Assembly (NCBI RefSeq): GCF_006345805.1
Contig: NC_043001.1
Span: 25,668,001-25,732,000, forward strand
Direction of reading: 5' to 3'
Length of the DNA stretch: 64,000 bases
Source of the DNA: Octopus sinensis
Taxonomy: Eukaryota
Shown here: piece after piece, positions 62,731-64,000 of the stretch
How the letters are laid out: every line of letters begins with the position of its first letter
How positions within the stretch are numbered: position 1 is the first letter of the stretch
The notes under the pieces: generated by a model
The model's database searches: none
Seen by the model: only the letters and a program-made list of their open reading frames with translations
What the model was told of the DNA's origin: nothing
Translations under genes and position numbers: made by a program

Positions 62731-63938
62731 ACTTCCAATCTAAAAAATCAATATTTTAAATATAAAAATAATAATTTTAAAATAATTAAAGTATGAATGA
62801 AAAAATATAAGTATATAATCCATATATAACCTATCTATAATCCATATATAAACAATATATAAACAATATAAACTAAAAAACCTATCAACAATTAATATAA
62901 AATATAAAATATAAAATATAAAATATAAAACAAAACAAAAAAAATTAAAAAAATATAATAATATAATAATAAACTATATATACACCCATACGCATATACC
63001 TAATTATATATAACCATATCTAACTACATACACTAAATCACACACCTATATATATATCCCTATACATACACATAAAAATGTCTAGGCACTATAAATAAAT
63101 AAAAGCTAAAATACTTCAACACAATACTTATTCATACTCCCACACACACACACATACAACCCCCATTCACGCTCTAGAAAACGGACATCACTCAAAACTA
63201 TGAACGGAGAAATGGAATAAATGGAATTAAAAATATATTCACTTGGTAAAACGAACACTACTTAAAAATTATGAATGAAACAATGCAATAAACCACAGAC
63301 ACATCGCATGGTAGGTTTGATAAGGAATTTGTAGTAATTTGTGTCTATTTGCGATGTCTGTTGTTTTATTGCATTGTTTCATTCATAATTTTTAAGTAGT
63401 GTTCGTTTACCAAGTGAATATATTTTTAATTCCATTTATTCCATTTCTCCGTTCATAGTTTTGAGTGATGTCCTTTTTCTAGAGCGTGAATGTGGGTTGT
63501 ATGTGTGTGTGTGTGGAGTATGAATAAGTATTGTGTTGAAGTTTTAGCTATTTTTATTTATTTTAGTTGCCTAGACATTTTTATGTGTATGTATAGGGAT
63601 ATATATATAGGTGTGTGATTTAGTGTATGTAGTTAGATATGGTTATATAATTAGGTATATGCGTATGGGTGTATATATAGTTTATTATTATATTATTATT
63701 ATTTTTTAAATTTTTTTTTTGTTTTGTTTTAATATTTTATATTTTATATTTTATATTTTATATTTTATATTTAATTGTTGATAGGTTTTTTTAGTTTATA
63801 TATTGTTTATATATTGTTTATATATGGATTATAGATAGGTTATATAATGGATTATATACTTATATTTTTTCATTCATACTTTAATTATTTTAAAATTATT
63901 ATTTATATTTTAAAATATTGATTTTTTAGATTGGAAGT

Positions 63939-63981
63939 CCACCTGAAGATTGTCGATCAAGACAAGAAACGATTGTAGTGG
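63939..63981 (+). ncRNA. Minimal type I hammerhead ribozyme core
   Basis: Stem I CCAC/GTGG; CUGAAGA at 63943-63949; stem II TTGTC/GACAA; GAAA at 63966-63969; 2-bp stem III AC/GT; GUA cleavage triplet at 63975-63977. Confidence 0.7.
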
Positions 63982-64000
63982 CGGTTTTTTTTGACTATTT

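Larger units (their letters stand above)
62671..64000. repeat. Long inverted repeat (arms at least 637 bp, 43-nt spacer), probably a Penelope-like element pair; runs off the window
   Basis: 62671-63307 is the reverse complement of 63351-64000, with few mismatches or indels per 100 nt. Confidence 0.92.

Overview
AT-rich, intron-containing animal DNA. The repeats (tRNA-derived SINEs, RTE tails ending in (ATG)n, TTAA MITEs) suggest an octopod cephalopod; this is inference, no search was run. The left two thirds hold two 14-exon nucleolin-like genes arranged head to head: copy A on the minus strand (985-19297, about 550 aa) and copy B on the plus strand (24208-40213, about 502 aa). Each has an acidic N-terminus, three RRMs and a Gly-rich tail, and every intron phase matches. 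The copies have diverged in a patterned way: A has a Tyr-rich (YGG)n tail, has lost half of the bipartite NLS and has lost several phospho-acceptor motifs. Intron 1 of both copies carries a non-coding block of about 500 bp that is about 96% identical, far above a paralogous RRM exon (about 77%); this is the strongest unexplained signal. The rest is mostly transposon debris: RTE, CR1, a nested Tc1, a 2.7-kb foldback element, MITEs, SINEs, and Gypsy and hAT relics. There is also an unexplained CpG-rich island near 51 kb and a terminal palindrome of at least 1.3 kb with a minimal hammerhead ribozyme core in each arm. All alignments and counts were done by eye, and repeat boundaries are approximate.
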